Below, in pieces: positions 48,024-57,678 of a stretch of 64,000 nucleotides of DNA (the stretch's first letter is position 1; the number at the start of each line of letters is the position of its first letter). Below the pieces are notes generated by a model that was not told the origin of the DNA, ran no database searches, and worked only from the letters and a program-made list of their open reading frames with translations. A program made the translations under genes and the position numbers. This DNA is from a virus: positions 64,001 through 128,000 of the IMG/VR virus record IMGVR_UViG_3300047160_018755, one strand, 5' to 3'.

Positions 48024-50144
48024 TTAACGATTCTTTTTGGCGCGACGCTTTTCTCCGATTCGGAGCATCGTGCGGTTGTGGTTGATGCTGTTGAAGCCCT
48101 TGTCCAGCTCGTCGGCTTCCAGATCTTTCTTGGTGAGCGAGAGAGACGCCTTCTTCAGGTCCTCGCTGCGCTTGAGCGGGAGCGCGCCATGGAAGCGCTT
48201 GCTGGTGACCTTCGCGGCCTCCGGCTTCGGAGCCTCGGGCTTGACGGCTTCCTTCTCGCCGCGACGGAGCGGCATCGCGCCGTGCATGCGAGCGCTGCTG
48301 GTCTGACCCTGCTGCTTCCACTGCGGAGCACCCGCGATCGCCATCTGCGGCTTCGGCGAGTGGAACATCGACATCAAGCCGCGGAGGAACCCGACGCCGC
48401 CGCGCTGCTTGGAGGCAGCCGCGAGGTTGAGGTTGTCGCGCACGCCGCTGAGAGCGTCCGCGCCGCCACCAGCCGGAACCGGGCTGGCCTTGAGGCGCTG
48501 ACCGAGCGTCTGGGGCTTGGCCGGAGCCGCGGCAGGCGCCGCCAGATCCGACACGTCGATGTCGACGGACTCGGGGCTGCCGCCCGGACGCAGAGCCTTG
48601 ACGTCCGCGAGGCTGTTGGCGACAGCCGGGTGAGCCGGAGCCGCGCGCTTCGCCTGGATCGCCGCGAGGTCGCCCTTGAGCTTCTGCACCTTGGCCGCAG
48701 GAGACGGACCAGCCGCCTTCGTCGCCGGAGCGGGAGTCGCACCCTTCGCAGGCGCAGCGCCCTTCGCCGGGGCCGCGACCTTGTGCTTGTCACCACCGCC
48801 CTGGCCGACGGGCTGCTTGCCGCCGACGCCCTTGCCCTTCGGAGCCTTCGCCTTTGAGGCGCCACCCACGCCCGGAAGAGCCATCTGGTCCTTGCGAAGC
48901 TCCGTGCCCTTCTTGATCTCGCCGCCCGAGCCCTGCTTGGCCACGGAAGCGTCCTTGCCAGCCTTCGGGAGCTTCGTGCCCTTCACGGCAGCGGCGGGAG
49001 CCGCGTGCTGCGCGGGGATGGTCTCACCACCCTTCGCCACCGGAGCCATGCTGTCCTTCAGAGCGGAGGGCATGTTCTTCTGGCTCGCGTGACCCGGGCC
49101 GCCGTAGCGCTTGTCGCCAGCGCCCATCTCGGCTTTCGCGTTCGGGATCTCACCAGCCACGGACACCGTCGGACGGCCCATCGCGTGGACCGGCTTGCGC
49201 AGCGGCTTGGGGGCGCCGACGACAGCCGACGTTCCACCCATCGACGGGTGCGCGCCGAAGACCGACTTCGCGCCACCCAGCTCCGCGTTGGCCTGGTGGA
49301 CCGGCGTCACGGGGGCGGGCTTCGGGGGAGCAAGCGCAGCGGCGCTCGACGACGGCATGTGCTTCGCGATCGCCTCCAGCTCGCCCTTCTTGTGGTTGAC
49401 GGTGCCGTTCGCGATGGCGTTCGCCGTGGCGTAGGCCTTGGCCTTGCCTTCCTTGTCGTGACCGTACTCGTCCTTGAGCTTGTGCATCGTCTTCTCGGAG
49501 ATGCCCTCGGGGGTCTTCTTCCCCAGCGGCGCGCCCTGAGTCACGCCGTCCTTGTGCTCCACGTACTCGCTGTGACCGTCCTCGTCGTGGTCACCGTCAC
49601 CATCGGGATCCTTGTGCTTGCCGTACACGTGCTCGTAGCCGCACGCCTTGCACATCTCGGACTTCTCCGCCATCGCCAGCGGGGCGGTGTCGCCGCCACC
49701 GGCCGGACCGACGCCAGGGCCGGGACCGTAGCCGAGCTGCGCGTTCTTCTGGAGGGTCGAGATGCACTTGCAGGCACCGTTCACGTCGGGACCACCGCAG
49801 AGAGGGCACAGCTCGTGCTTCTCCAGCTTGCGTTCCTTCGTCGACGCCTCGCGGGCGCGCATCTCACGGATCTGAGTTTCGGTCTTGACCAACACCGCCT
49901 TCAGGTCGGTTGCGAACTTCTGAAGGGGCGCGGAAAGCTTGGATTCGTTTTTATTCATTTTGGGTGTGTACTCGCCGTAGCATCCCAGACAGGTCCGTGA
50001 CCCGTCCTTATGAGGGGTTGAATCTTTGCTTCCACACTTCGGACACGCCTCGTCGGTCTTCAGTTTCCCGTCTCGACGAGCCGCGGTGATCCCGGCATTC
50101 TCTTTACGACGTGCCGCCAATTCGTCTTCAGGCTGCTTGGGCAT
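48024..50144 (-). CDS. Low-complexity Ala/Pro/Lys/Gly-rich late protein with Zn ribbons, probably a head internal protein
   Basis: CPKC..CLGC, CPLC..CKC, CKAC; repeated L/M-x-K-[S/N/D/A/G] motifs. Confidence 0.6.
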   Translation of the reverse strand: MPKQPEDELAARRKENAGITAARRDGKLKTDEACPKCGSKDSTPHKDGSRTCLGCYGEYTPKMNKNESKLSAPLQKFATDLKAVLVKTETQIREMRAREASTKERKLEKHELCPLCGGPDVNGACKCISTLQKNAQLGYGPGPGVGPAGGGDTAPLAMAEKSEMCKACGYEHVYGKHKDPDGDGDHDEDGHSEYVEHKDGVTQGAPLGKKTPEGISEKTMHKLKDEYGHDKEGKAKAYATANAIANGTVNHKKGELEAIAKHMPSSSAAALAPPKPAPVTPVHQANAELGGAKSVFGAHPSMGGTSAVVGAPKPLRKPVHAMGRPTVSVAGEIPNAKAEMGAGDKRYGGPGHASQKNMPSALKDSMAPVAKGGETIPAQHAAPAAAVKGTKLPKAGKDASVAKQGSGGEIKKGTELRKDQMALPGVGGASKAKAPKGKGVGGKQPVGQGGGDKHKVAAPAKGAAPAKGATPAPATKAAGPSPAAKVQKLKGDLAAIQAKRAAPAHPAVANSLADVKALRPGGSPESVDIDVSDLAAPAAAPAKPQTLGQRLKASPVPAGGGADALSGVRDNLNLAAASKQRGGVGFLRGLMSMFHSPKPQMAIAGAPQWKQQGQTSSARMHGAMPLRRGEKEAVKPEAPKPEAAKVTSKRFHGALPLKRSEDLKKASLSLTKKDLEADELDKGFNSINHNRTMLRIGEKRRAKKNR

Positions 50145-50673
50145 CTGAAATCTCCGAAGAAAAGATTCGGGCTCCCTTGGACAGGTTTTGCTCTGCCCAC
50201 AGTGGCTGAAGATTGGTGAAGTGACAGGCCTGAAGAAATTGTCCCCGATCTGTCAAGTCGAACTTGGCCAGTGGCTTGATGTGGTCAATGTGCCACTCAC
50301 CATAGTTGCCCCAAGACATTCCCGGCTGAAACTTCGATTCCAAGTGAATCTTCAGCTCAGTGACGGTACAGCCGAGATCACGAACGGCCGACCCTGCGCG
50401 ACCCCGTTTCACAATCGAGTTGATTCGAGAGCGGAGGCTGTCAGAAATACGAACCTGAGGATCCGTAGCTCGTTTGCGGATGTGGTATGCCAAGGTCCTA
50501 GCAAAAACGCGGTCGCTGTTGGATCGGTAGTACGACTTCTTGCGCTTGCTCTCGCACGTCTTGCACGCCGAAGAACGCCCGTCCCGCTTCTGCTTGTCCA
50601 CGGAAAAATCCGTCAACAGGAGCGATTCTTCACACCTGGGGCAGATTTTGTTCCGTACAGACAAAGATTCCAT
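50128..50673 (-). CDS. HNH homing-type endonuclease
   Basis: CPRC..CKTC; LGCT..ELK.HLESKF..GMSW.NYGEWHIDHIKP...HFTNLQPLWAEQNLSKG; low GC. Confidence 0.9.
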   Translation of the reverse strand: MESLSVRNKICPRCEESLLLTDFSVDKQKRDGRSSACKTCESKRKKSYYRSNSDRVFARTLAYHIRKRATDPQVRISDSLRSRINSIVKRGRAGSAVRDLGCTVTELKIHLESKFQPGMSWGNYGEWHIDHIKPLAKFDLTDRGQFLQACHFTNLQPLWAEQNLSKGARIFSSEISDAQAA

Positions 50674-50713
50674 ATCACCTTCCAAGATTGGAATCCCCAA
50701 CGGAACAAAACGC

Positions 50714-51337
50714 TCACTTATCGGCCTTCTTCAGGACGCGCCCGATGACGTCCTTCAGCTCCGTTGCGAACTTCCGCATCAGATCTCGTTCCATCGGCGT
50801 GAGCGGTGGCTTCGCCGTGTGGTGCTCCAGCGGCACGGTCCCCTTCACGGGAGAGTCGTGCAGCTCGTCGCCGAAGTGGAGGCTGACGTAGCCCTTGCCG
50901 GGGAGGTGCGTGTAGAAGTCCTTCGGCTGCGTCGGCGAGTAGTGCATCTCCGGCTTCGACACGTGGTGCTTGCCGGCGTTGGGGCCGTGCGTGTAGAGCA
51001 GCTCGTGCTTGCCGTCCTGCGAGTACATGATCGCCTCTTGACCGTACTTGCGGCCGAGCGCGTACATGTTCTCGCGTGTGGGGTTGTGGATGATGAAGCT
51101 GTTCTCCGGCGCGCCGTACGATCCGTGTGTGGGCTCGTGGTGCAAACCAAGAGCTTTCAGGTCCGCGCTGAGGGCTTCGTTGCCACCTTCGGCCGTTGGG
51201 AAACGCGGCGACTCCGCCGTCATGATTCCAACCGTGTGCCCCTTGTTGAACAACGGATGGTCCGCAACCTGCGGCGGAACGGTGTGGTACAGGTTGTGTT
51301 CGTTGTTTTCGATTTCGTCTTTGCGCAGCGGTCGCAT
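50714..51337 (-). CDS. DUF3293-like domain late protein
   Basis: GIMTAESP...GSYGAPENSF...LGRKYGQEAI. Confidence 0.55.
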   Translation of the reverse strand: MRPLRKDEIENNEHNLYHTVPPQVADHPLFNKGHTVGIMTAESPRFPTAEGGNEALSADLKALGLHHEPTHGSYGAPENSFIIHNPTRENMYALGRKYGQEAIMYSQDGKHELLYTHGPNAGKHHVSKPEMHYSPTQPKDFYTHLPGKGYVSLHFGDELHDSPVKGTVPLEHHTAKPPLTPMERDLMRKFATELKDVIGRVLKKADK

Positions 51338-51340
51338 CGG

Positions 51341-52336
51341 TTACTCCAGCGGGAAGACGCCCCAGGGATCGTCGGGCGTAGGCGGTGACTGTCCTTGGTC
51401 GTTCACGGGCGGCAACTGGTCGTCGTCGCCGACGCCAGAGATCTCGATGGCCGAGAAGTCGGGCTGCGTTTCGACCACCTCGACAAGTGGGTTGACGCTC
51501 TTCGGCCAGTAGTAGCGCGCGTAGCCGGTGACCGTGATGAACCGCGAGAACACCACCTCGTTCTCGAATTCGAGGTTGCGACGGAAGTCGGTCGACGAGA
51601 GCTGCGTGCGCTCGAAGCCGCGCGTCTCGAACAGCTCCTGCTTGTACTTGAGGAGCATGAACTGGAGGATCGAGTGCAGGTAGAGCAGGTACGAGGGGTC
51701 TCCCTGCACGTGAATGCCGATCTGGTAGACCTCCTTGAAGGTCACGCTCTCGATGGTCGTCGCGTAGCGCTCCTTGGGACCGATGATGACGGCATCGGTG
51801 AAATCCGCGACCGTACCGGGCTTCAGCGAGATCTCGTCGTCGCCAAGATTCTGCTGGATGGGGAACTGACGACCGGCGCGCGTCTGCACGATCATGCCGG
51901 CAGCGACGGTGCTGTCGCCCATCAGAGCCTCCGGCAGTACCATGATGCCCGAGGTGGGCGAGTACGCGAGCGGTGTGAACTGCGGCGTCAGCGCGGGCCA
52001 GTCACCTGCGGTCGGCTCCTGCGGAACGTAGTGGACGTCGCCGTGGGTCTGGTCGGACTCCTGCGACTCCTGGAGCGAGATGGTGATGCACGGGATCGCT
52101 TCCTCGGCCACGCGGAAGTTCATGAACACCGGGACGTCGGTCTTCAGGAACCACTCCTTCGCCAGCTCGATCTGCTTCTCGCCGTACACGTCGCGAGTCA
52201 GCTCGTCCTCGGCCAGGTAGTGGAAGATGTAGTTGAGCAGCTTGGGGTCGTTACGGACGTTGTCCATGGAGCGGATGATCGCCGTGCGTACGACGACGTC
52301 TCCCTGGAATACGCCTTTGATTTCCGTATCGGCCAC
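51341..52336 (-). CDS. Tail terminator / completion-like protein
   Basis: IPCITISLQESQE...; synteny between neck and sheath genes. Confidence 0.5.
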   Translation of the reverse strand: MADTEIKGVFQGDVVVRTAIIRSMDNVRNDPKLLNYIFHYLAEDELTRDVYGEKQIELAKEWFLKTDVPVFMNFRVAEEAIPCITISLQESQESDQTHGDVHYVPQEPTAGDWPALTPQFTPLAYSPTSGIMVLPEALMGDSTVAAGMIVQTRAGRQFPIQQNLGDDEISLKPGTVADFTDAVIIGPKERYATTIESVTFKEVYQIGIHVQGDPSYLLYLHSILQFMLLKYKQELFETRGFERTQLSSTDFRRNLEFENEVVFSRFITVTGYARYYWPKSVNPLVEVVETQPDFSAIEISGVGDDDQLPPVNDQGQSPPTPDDPWGVFPLE

Positions 52337-52371
52337 GATCAGAAGATTGCCGCGCCCCCAATCTCTTAGGT

Positions 52372-52695
52372 ATGGACGAAGATGTCGCTTTCACGGTCGA
52401 AGTCTTCCAGAAGGTCCTGGCGAACGAGAAGCACCGCCTGGCTGTCGGCGCCGTCCTCAGGCGCTACATCCACGCGCAGCTCGCGAAGGGCATCGAGCCC
52501 GACCACTACCGCATGAAGTGGATGCACAAGGGTATCTCGCGGATGATCCACGAGCTGGAGCTGTTCGGCCGGGAGTTCAACGCCGCTCACCCGAGGGACA
52601 AGTTCTCCAAGGGCGACATGATCGACGTCGCCGAGTCAGCCGTGCTGACCCTGCGGAACTACATCGACGCGGAAGAGGACCCCGACAGCAACTAG
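52372..52695 (+). CDS. Hypothetical protein
   Basis: AATCTC 6 nt before ATG, divergent from 52336. Confidence 0.65.
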   Translation: MDEDVAFTVEVFQKVLANEKHRLAVGAVLRRYIHAQLAKGIEPDHYRMKWMHKGISRMIHELELFGREFNAAHPRDKFSKGDMIDVAESAVLTLRNYIDAEEDPDSN

Positions 52696-53543
52696 CTGTT
52701 GAGGTCGCTGACGGCCTTGTCGAAGAGGGCGGGGGCGACTTCCTTCTGCCACAACTCGACGGCTTCCTCGGCTGCCTTTTCGAGGATGTTCACCGCGGCG
52801 TTGCCCGGGTGCTCCCACTTCGCCATGCCCGACTGCGATTCGCTCGCCACGCGGAAGGTGAGGATCGAGCGCTTGGTCTTCCCGTCCTTGCCCTTCTTCT
52901 GGTAGATGGAGACGCCCTGGAGGAACGGGATGCCCGACTTCTGTCCGGGGCTCTTCGAGCCCTGCATGACCTCGCCCACGGGACCGCGGCGCTGGCCGGC
53001 GCCTGGGTCCTGCTTGAGGGGCGCGTTGGAGATCGTGAACGAGTGGAGCTTGCCGGACTTGTCCGTGCCGTCCGCGTTCTTCTCGATCTTGCCGAAGGGA
53101 ATGCCGCGAGCCTTCAGCTCTTTCTTGACAGCGTTGACAAGATCTTGCTGAGCAGCAGTACGCCCAGTACGACTATCATCGCCTTGAGGCCCCATAGGAC
53201 CGTGGTTGAATGGAACAGTGATGTACTTGCCGTTCTTACCCGACTTCGCTTTCGGCGAGGCGAGGAGGTACTTGAGCATGTCGAACGCAGATTGACCATC
53301 GTCGATCCATCGCACTTTGGCGTCGAGGGTGACCAGCCAGGTGTCGTCGCCGACCTTCTCCGTGCGAAGACCGTCCTGGTACATCTTGCGGCGCGTGTGG
53401 AGCTTGTCCGCGGCCATCTCCTTCGCTTTCGCGACGACCATCTTGGACAGCTCTTCGCCTGCGTCGTTGGCGATCTTCTTGAGCGCCGGACCGACCTCCA
53501 TCAGCTCGTTCAGCTGACTGAGATCAACGTTTATAGAGAACAC
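52692..53543 (-). CDS. Neck / head-completion-like protein
   Basis: KAKEMAADKLHTRRKMYQDGL...YITVPFNHG...FRVASE...WEHPG. Confidence 0.55.
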   Translation of the reverse strand: MFSINVDLSQLNELMEVGPALKKIANDAGEELSKMVVAKAKEMAADKLHTRRKMYQDGLRTEKVGDDTWLVTLDAKVRWIDDGQSAFDMLKYLLASPKAKSGKNGKYITVPFNHGPMGPQGDDSRTGRTAAQQDLVNAVKKELKARGIPFGKIEKNADGTDKSGKLHSFTISNAPLKQDPGAGQRRGPVGEVMQGSKSPGQKSGIPFLQGVSIYQKKGKDGKTKRSILTFRVASESQSGMAKWEHPGNAAVNILEKAAEEAVELWQKEVAPALFDKAVSDLNS

Positions 53544-53965
53544 GCGACACCATCGGCTCGCTGAGCCGTTCGAATGCGGTGACAACAGGCGCACACCAAC
53601 TCACACTTTGCCAGCTCTTCTTTAAGAGCTTCCATCGAATGTGTCCATGAAACCATCTGAGCAATTCCAAACCTCTTCACGCCACGCACGTGATCGAAGT
53701 CCATTGCAACACCAGGGAAACGCCTACCACAGTCGGTGCAAGGCTTTGACTTAAGCTCTGCCACCAGACCGCGCTTCTCCAAGATCTTTACCTCAGCCGC
53801 TTCTGTCATGCGATGGGTTCGCTTGTACTCGCGATGACACGGGAAGCACCACTGGTAAACGACCTTTCCATTACGGATGTAGCTTTGAAACTCTTCCACA
53901 GGTTTAGGAACCGAGCATTGAGCGCAGATCCTCTTGCCATCTACAGTCTGAACACGCCTGGGCAT
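53531..53965 (-). CDS. HNH homing-type endonuclease (paralogue of 9530-9952)
   Basis: PCTDCG...MDFDHVRG.K...KCELVCACCHRIRT. Confidence 0.85.
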   Translation of the reverse strand: MPRRVQTVDGKRICAQCSVPKPVEEFQSYIRNGKVVYQWCFPCHREYKRTHRMTEAAEVKILEKRGLVAELKSKPCTDCGRRFPGVAMDFDHVRGVKRFGIAQMVSWTHSMEALKEELAKCELVCACCHRIRTAQRADGVACSL

Positions 53966-53989
53966 GTTAAGAAGATTAAGACGGGATGG

Positions 53990-55264
53990 TTAACTGCTCG
54001 AAGGCTCGCGGGAGGAGACGGGATGACTGTTCGGGCCGATGATGGGCGCGTCCTTGTCCTGCGCCTGCACCATGCCGGAGTCGACCTGTTTCCAGCCCGT
54101 GCTGCCGTCACCGTGCTGGACCTTCACCTTGTCGCCGACCTGTGAGCCGAGCGGGAAGTTCATCTTGTGGTGCGGGGGCGTACCTTCGATCGGGTTGCTC
54201 GACTTCTCCAGTCCGTAGTCCTTGAAGCAGCCCTTGCAGGTCTTGGAGCCGTCCTTGTGCGGGATGAACTCCTTCTCCTCGCAGTGCGGGCAGGCATCTT
54301 CCGACTTCGCCATCGCTTGCTTGATGACGTCGGGCTCGTCGTCCATCGGAGGACCATCGCCCATCACTTCCTTGCCGAGGAGCACGACGCCCTGGACGAG
54401 GCCGATGATGGCCGCGTACGCATCGGGAGCGTACTGCTGGAGACGCTGGATGTCGGGCAGCTGCTTGCGGATGTTCGTGAGCGCGTCCGTGACCTTCTTC
54501 TTGACGGACTCGGTCTGCTTCTGACCGTCGCCCGCAGCCTGCTCGTCCTGCTTGCTGGAGTCCTCGGCCGCGTCATGGAGCTGCGACTCCATGTCCTGGT
54601 TCATGTTCTCCATGTCGCCCGCGGCGTGAGTCATCTCGGGCGAGGCCGGCTTGGGATCGTCACCCAGAACATCGCCCACATGCTTCATGTCGGTGAAGCC
54701 CGGGTCGTGCTGGACAGCGAAGCCCGCGTTGGGACCGGAGAGCTTCGCCGTGTTGTGCTCCAGGACTTTCTGCGTGTCCTTGCCGCCGGCCGCCTTGTGC
54801 TCTGGCGGCTTGGGCGTGTCGGCCTTGGCGAGGTACTCGTCCGTCAGCTTCTCCTGCTCGGACTTGGGGGCGTCGACCGCGCGCTGGTACTCGGCCGCCA
54901 TCGCGTCTTGGTCCCACACCAAAATCTGGTTGCCGCCGCGGAGCTTTGCGACCACGAGGGCCTTGGCGGAGTCGGACATCTGCATGCCCACGCCCACGGA
55001 GACGGTGGCGCCCACCAGGTTCGAGTACTGCTTCGCGATCGAGGGCATGTCGGCCAGCTTGCTGGCGTCGACCACGATGCGACCCTCGTCGCCACCCATC
55101 TCGATCACCGAGCCGCCGTTGTTCACGGCGAAGCTCTTCCACAGCTCGTTGCCGGCGTTGATGGCCTGGTCGACTCGACGAACCTCACCCACGTCGTTCG
55201 CGAGCACTGCTCGCCCGACGCGGCGGCCGATCTTGTCGCCGTCCCAGCAAACGAAAACGTCCAT
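53990..55264 (-). CDS. mCpol (minimal CRISPR polymerase) domain protein with linker, Zn ribbon and C-terminal domain
   Basis: MDVFVCWDGDKIG...GGSVIEMGGDEG...TVSVGVG...ALVVAKLRGGNQI matches mCpol (DGD and GGD motifs). Confidence 0.75.
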   Translation of the reverse strand: MDVFVCWDGDKIGRRVGRAVLANDVGEVRRVDQAINAGNELWKSFAVNNGGSVIEMGGDEGRIVVDASKLADMPSIAKQYSNLVGATVSVGVGMQMSDSAKALVVAKLRGGNQILVWDQDAMAAEYQRAVDAPKSEQEKLTDEYLAKADTPKPPEHKAAGGKDTQKVLEHNTAKLSGPNAGFAVQHDPGFTDMKHVGDVLGDDPKPASPEMTHAAGDMENMNQDMESQLHDAAEDSSKQDEQAAGDGQKQTESVKKKVTDALTNIRKQLPDIQRLQQYAPDAYAAIIGLVQGVVLLGKEVMGDGPPMDDEPDVIKQAMAKSEDACPHCEEKEFIPHKDGSKTCKGCFKDYGLEKSSNPIEGTPPHHKMNFPLGSQVGDKVKVQHGDGSTGWKQVDSGMVQAQDKDAPIIGPNSHPVSSREPSSS

Positions 55265-55274
55265 GTCCCTAAGA

Positions 55275-55613
55275 TTACGCCCGGTAGTGCTTGCAGGCCG
55301 TATTGCTGCACTCGATGGTTCGGAAGAGAATGAAGGCGTTTCCCCCACAAACGAGGCACGTGTGCGGGTACCTGGACGACTTCTGCTTCTGCTCTTCGTC
55401 CACCAAGATCGCAGCCACGCAGGTGTAGTGCCACGTCCCTTGACGGAAGCCCGCGGTCATGGTAAGGTGATGGGCTTGAGGATCGACAGTGTAGGTCGGC
55501 TTCCAGGCGCACTCGATGACGATCTGGGCCATGTCGTAGTAGTAGCCGACCACCCGTCCAAGCTTCTTCTCCCCGCCAGGCTCCTCCCGGAACCACACGA
55601 CGTACCCCGCCAT
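55275..55613 (-). CDS. Hypothetical protein with C-terminal Zn ribbon
   Basis: CLVC...CSNTAC. Confidence 0.6.
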   Translation of the reverse strand: MAGYVVWFREEPGGEKKLGRVVGYYYDMAQIVIECAWKPTYTVDPQAHHLTMTAGFRQGTWHYTCVAAILVDEEQKQKSSRYPHTCLVCGGNAFILFRTIECSNTACKHYRA

Positions 55614-55710
55614 CTTGTCGGCACGGTTGCGCGCGAAGTTCTTGAAGTCGATCGACGGCACTCTTAATAGATTCCTGCTGATTCGATAGAAATGGCCCGG
55701 AGGGATTACC

Positions 55711-56484
55711 ATGGGTTCAACACCGATTTTGATCGTCAGTGGCAAGGCCGGTTCGGGCAAAGACACGGTCGCCGCGTTCATCGCGGAGAAGTACAACGGC
55801 GTCTGCATCGCGCAGGCAGATCCGATGAAACGCCTGGCTGGAGCGCTCTTCGGGTTCACCGAGACCCAGCTCTGGGGACCGAGCGAATGCCGGAACGCGG
55901 CCACCAAGTGCACCCCCGTCAACCCCGACGCCATGGACACCGTCCAGCTCGCTCGGGACTTCTGCGAGGAGATGGGGCTCGGCAACGGATGGGAGGCGCG
56001 CAAGCTGCTCGACTGGTACGAGGGCCAGTTCGCCGAGTACCTGAAGAACGATGTTATCGCGCCGCGGACCGTGCTCCAGACCATGGGCACCGAATGGGGC
56101 CGCGAGATCAAGCCGTCGATGTGGATCGAGAAGGCCGTCGGAAACGCCCGCAAGCTGGTCGAGGGTGGTTTCGGCTACGCCCGCGGCGTCGGGCTGCGGC
56201 ACGACAAGGACAAGTCCTTCGACTACGCCATCATCACGGACGGCCGGTTCCGGAACGAGATGCTGGCCGTGCGCTTCCTGGGCGGCGCGGCGCTGCGCGT
56301 CATCCGCCCCTCCAAGGCGGCTCAGACCGTGGGCATCGCAGGCCACCGGAGCGAGAAGGAGCTTGACACGATCCCCGAACACTTCTACAGTGGGACCATC
56401 ATGAACGACTCCACCTTCGACGAGCTGTACGAGCGCGTCATGGACGAGATGGAGTTCCACTACTTCGACACCCGCGCACGGTAA
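55711..56484 (+). CDS. Deoxynucleoside monophosphate kinase
   Basis: SGKAGSGKDT, ADPMKR, PRTVLQTMGTEWGR, ITDGRFRNE, HRSE. Confidence 0.9.
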   Translation: MGSTPILIVSGKAGSGKDTVAAFIAEKYNGVCIAQADPMKRLAGALFGFTETQLWGPSECRNAATKCTPVNPDAMDTVQLARDFCEEMGLGNGWEARKLLDWYEGQFAEYLKNDVIAPRTVLQTMGTEWGREIKPSMWIEKAVGNARKLVEGGFGYARGVGLRHDKDKSFDYAIITDGRFRNEMLAVRFLGGAALRVIRPSKAAQTVGIAGHRSEKELDTIPEHFYSGTIMNDSTFDELYERVMDEMEFHYFDTRAR

Positions 56485-56488
56485 ACCC

Positions 56489-57664
56489 ATGAAAAACTTC
56501 CCCACACTGTACCAGAAGACCAACGCCGGGGCGATCCAGCAATGGACCATCTCGGTCGAGGGCACGACCATCAAGACCGTGCACGGCCAGGTGGGAGGCA
56601 AGCTCCAGGAGGCCCTCGACACCATCAAGGAGGGCAAGAACATCGGGCAGTCGAACGAGACGACGCCCGAGATGCAGGCCGAGCGCGAGGCGAAGGCGAA
56701 GTGGACGAAACAGCTCAAGAAGGGCTACGTCGACACGATCGCCGCCGCTGAGGCCGGCGAGGTCGACGCCATCATCGAGGGCGGCCTCCCGCCCATGCTG
56801 TCGCCGAACAAGTCGCACCCCAAGGACGACCTGCTCGCCAAGACCGCGAAGTTCCCGGCCTACGGCCAGCCGAAGCTGGACGGCATGCGCTGCATCGCCA
56901 TCATCGAGGGCGGCAACGCCACCGTCTGGAGCCGCACGCGCAAGCGCATCCCCACGATCCCGCACATCGTCGATGCTCTCGCCAAGATGTTCCCGACCGA
57001 GCAGCGTGTTGTGCTCGACGGCGAGCTGTACAACCACCAGTACAAGGACCACTTCGAGGATCTGATGTCGATCCTACGCGGCGACGGGCCGGACCCCGAG
57101 GGCGAGTACCTCAACGCCCAGTTCCACGTCTACGACTGTCCCGAGCGCTTCGTGCGGGCGTCGCAGCACACGCAGGACGCGCCGTTCGAGCACCGCAACC
57201 GTGCCGTCAGCGCGATGCTCGGCGGCCTCGACCCCCAGTCGCCCATCAAGCGCGTCGAGACGGTCGCCGTCGAGACCATGCAGCAGCTGCTCCTGTTCTA
57301 CGAGGAGTGTCTGACCCGCGGCTACGAGGGCTCGATGTACCGCTCTCCCGAGGGCAAATACGAGGCCGACAAGCGCTCGAAGTTCCTGCTCAAGATGAAG
57401 GAGTTCATCGACCAGGAGTTCCCGATCGTCGGCGCCAACACCGGCCGCGGGAAGGACGCGGACGTGGTGACCACCTTCGACGTGCAGCTCCCGAACGGCA
57501 AGGTCATGCCGGTGCGCTCGCCAGGGACCTACGCCAAGAAGCGCGAGTTTCTGAAGAAGCCCCAGCTGTGGCAGGGGAAGCAGCTCACCGTGAACTTCAA
57601 GCGGTGGACCGCCGACGGGATGCTCTACATCCCGACCGGGAAGGGGATCCGAGACTACGAGTAA
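56489..57664 (+). CDS. ATP-dependent DNA ligase
   Basis: QPKLDGMRC, LDGELY, YEGSM, LLKMK, OB domain; WGR-like N-terminus. Confidence 0.92.
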   Translation: MKNFPTLYQKTNAGAIQQWTISVEGTTIKTVHGQVGGKLQEALDTIKEGKNIGQSNETTPEMQAEREAKAKWTKQLKKGYVDTIAAAEAGEVDAIIEGGLPPMLSPNKSHPKDDLLAKTAKFPAYGQPKLDGMRCIAIIEGGNATVWSRTRKRIPTIPHIVDALAKMFPTEQRVVLDGELYNHQYKDHFEDLMSILRGDGPDPEGEYLNAQFHVYDCPERFVRASQHTQDAPFEHRNRAVSAMLGGLDPQSPIKRVETVAVETMQQLLLFYEECLTRGYEGSMYRSPEGKYEADKRSKFLLKMKEFIDQEFPIVGANTGRGKDADVVTTFDVQLPNGKVMPVRSPGTYAKKREFLKKPQLWQGKQLTVNFKRWTADGMLYIPTGKGIRDYE

Positions 57665-57678
57665 CCAAGGAGGCCTGC

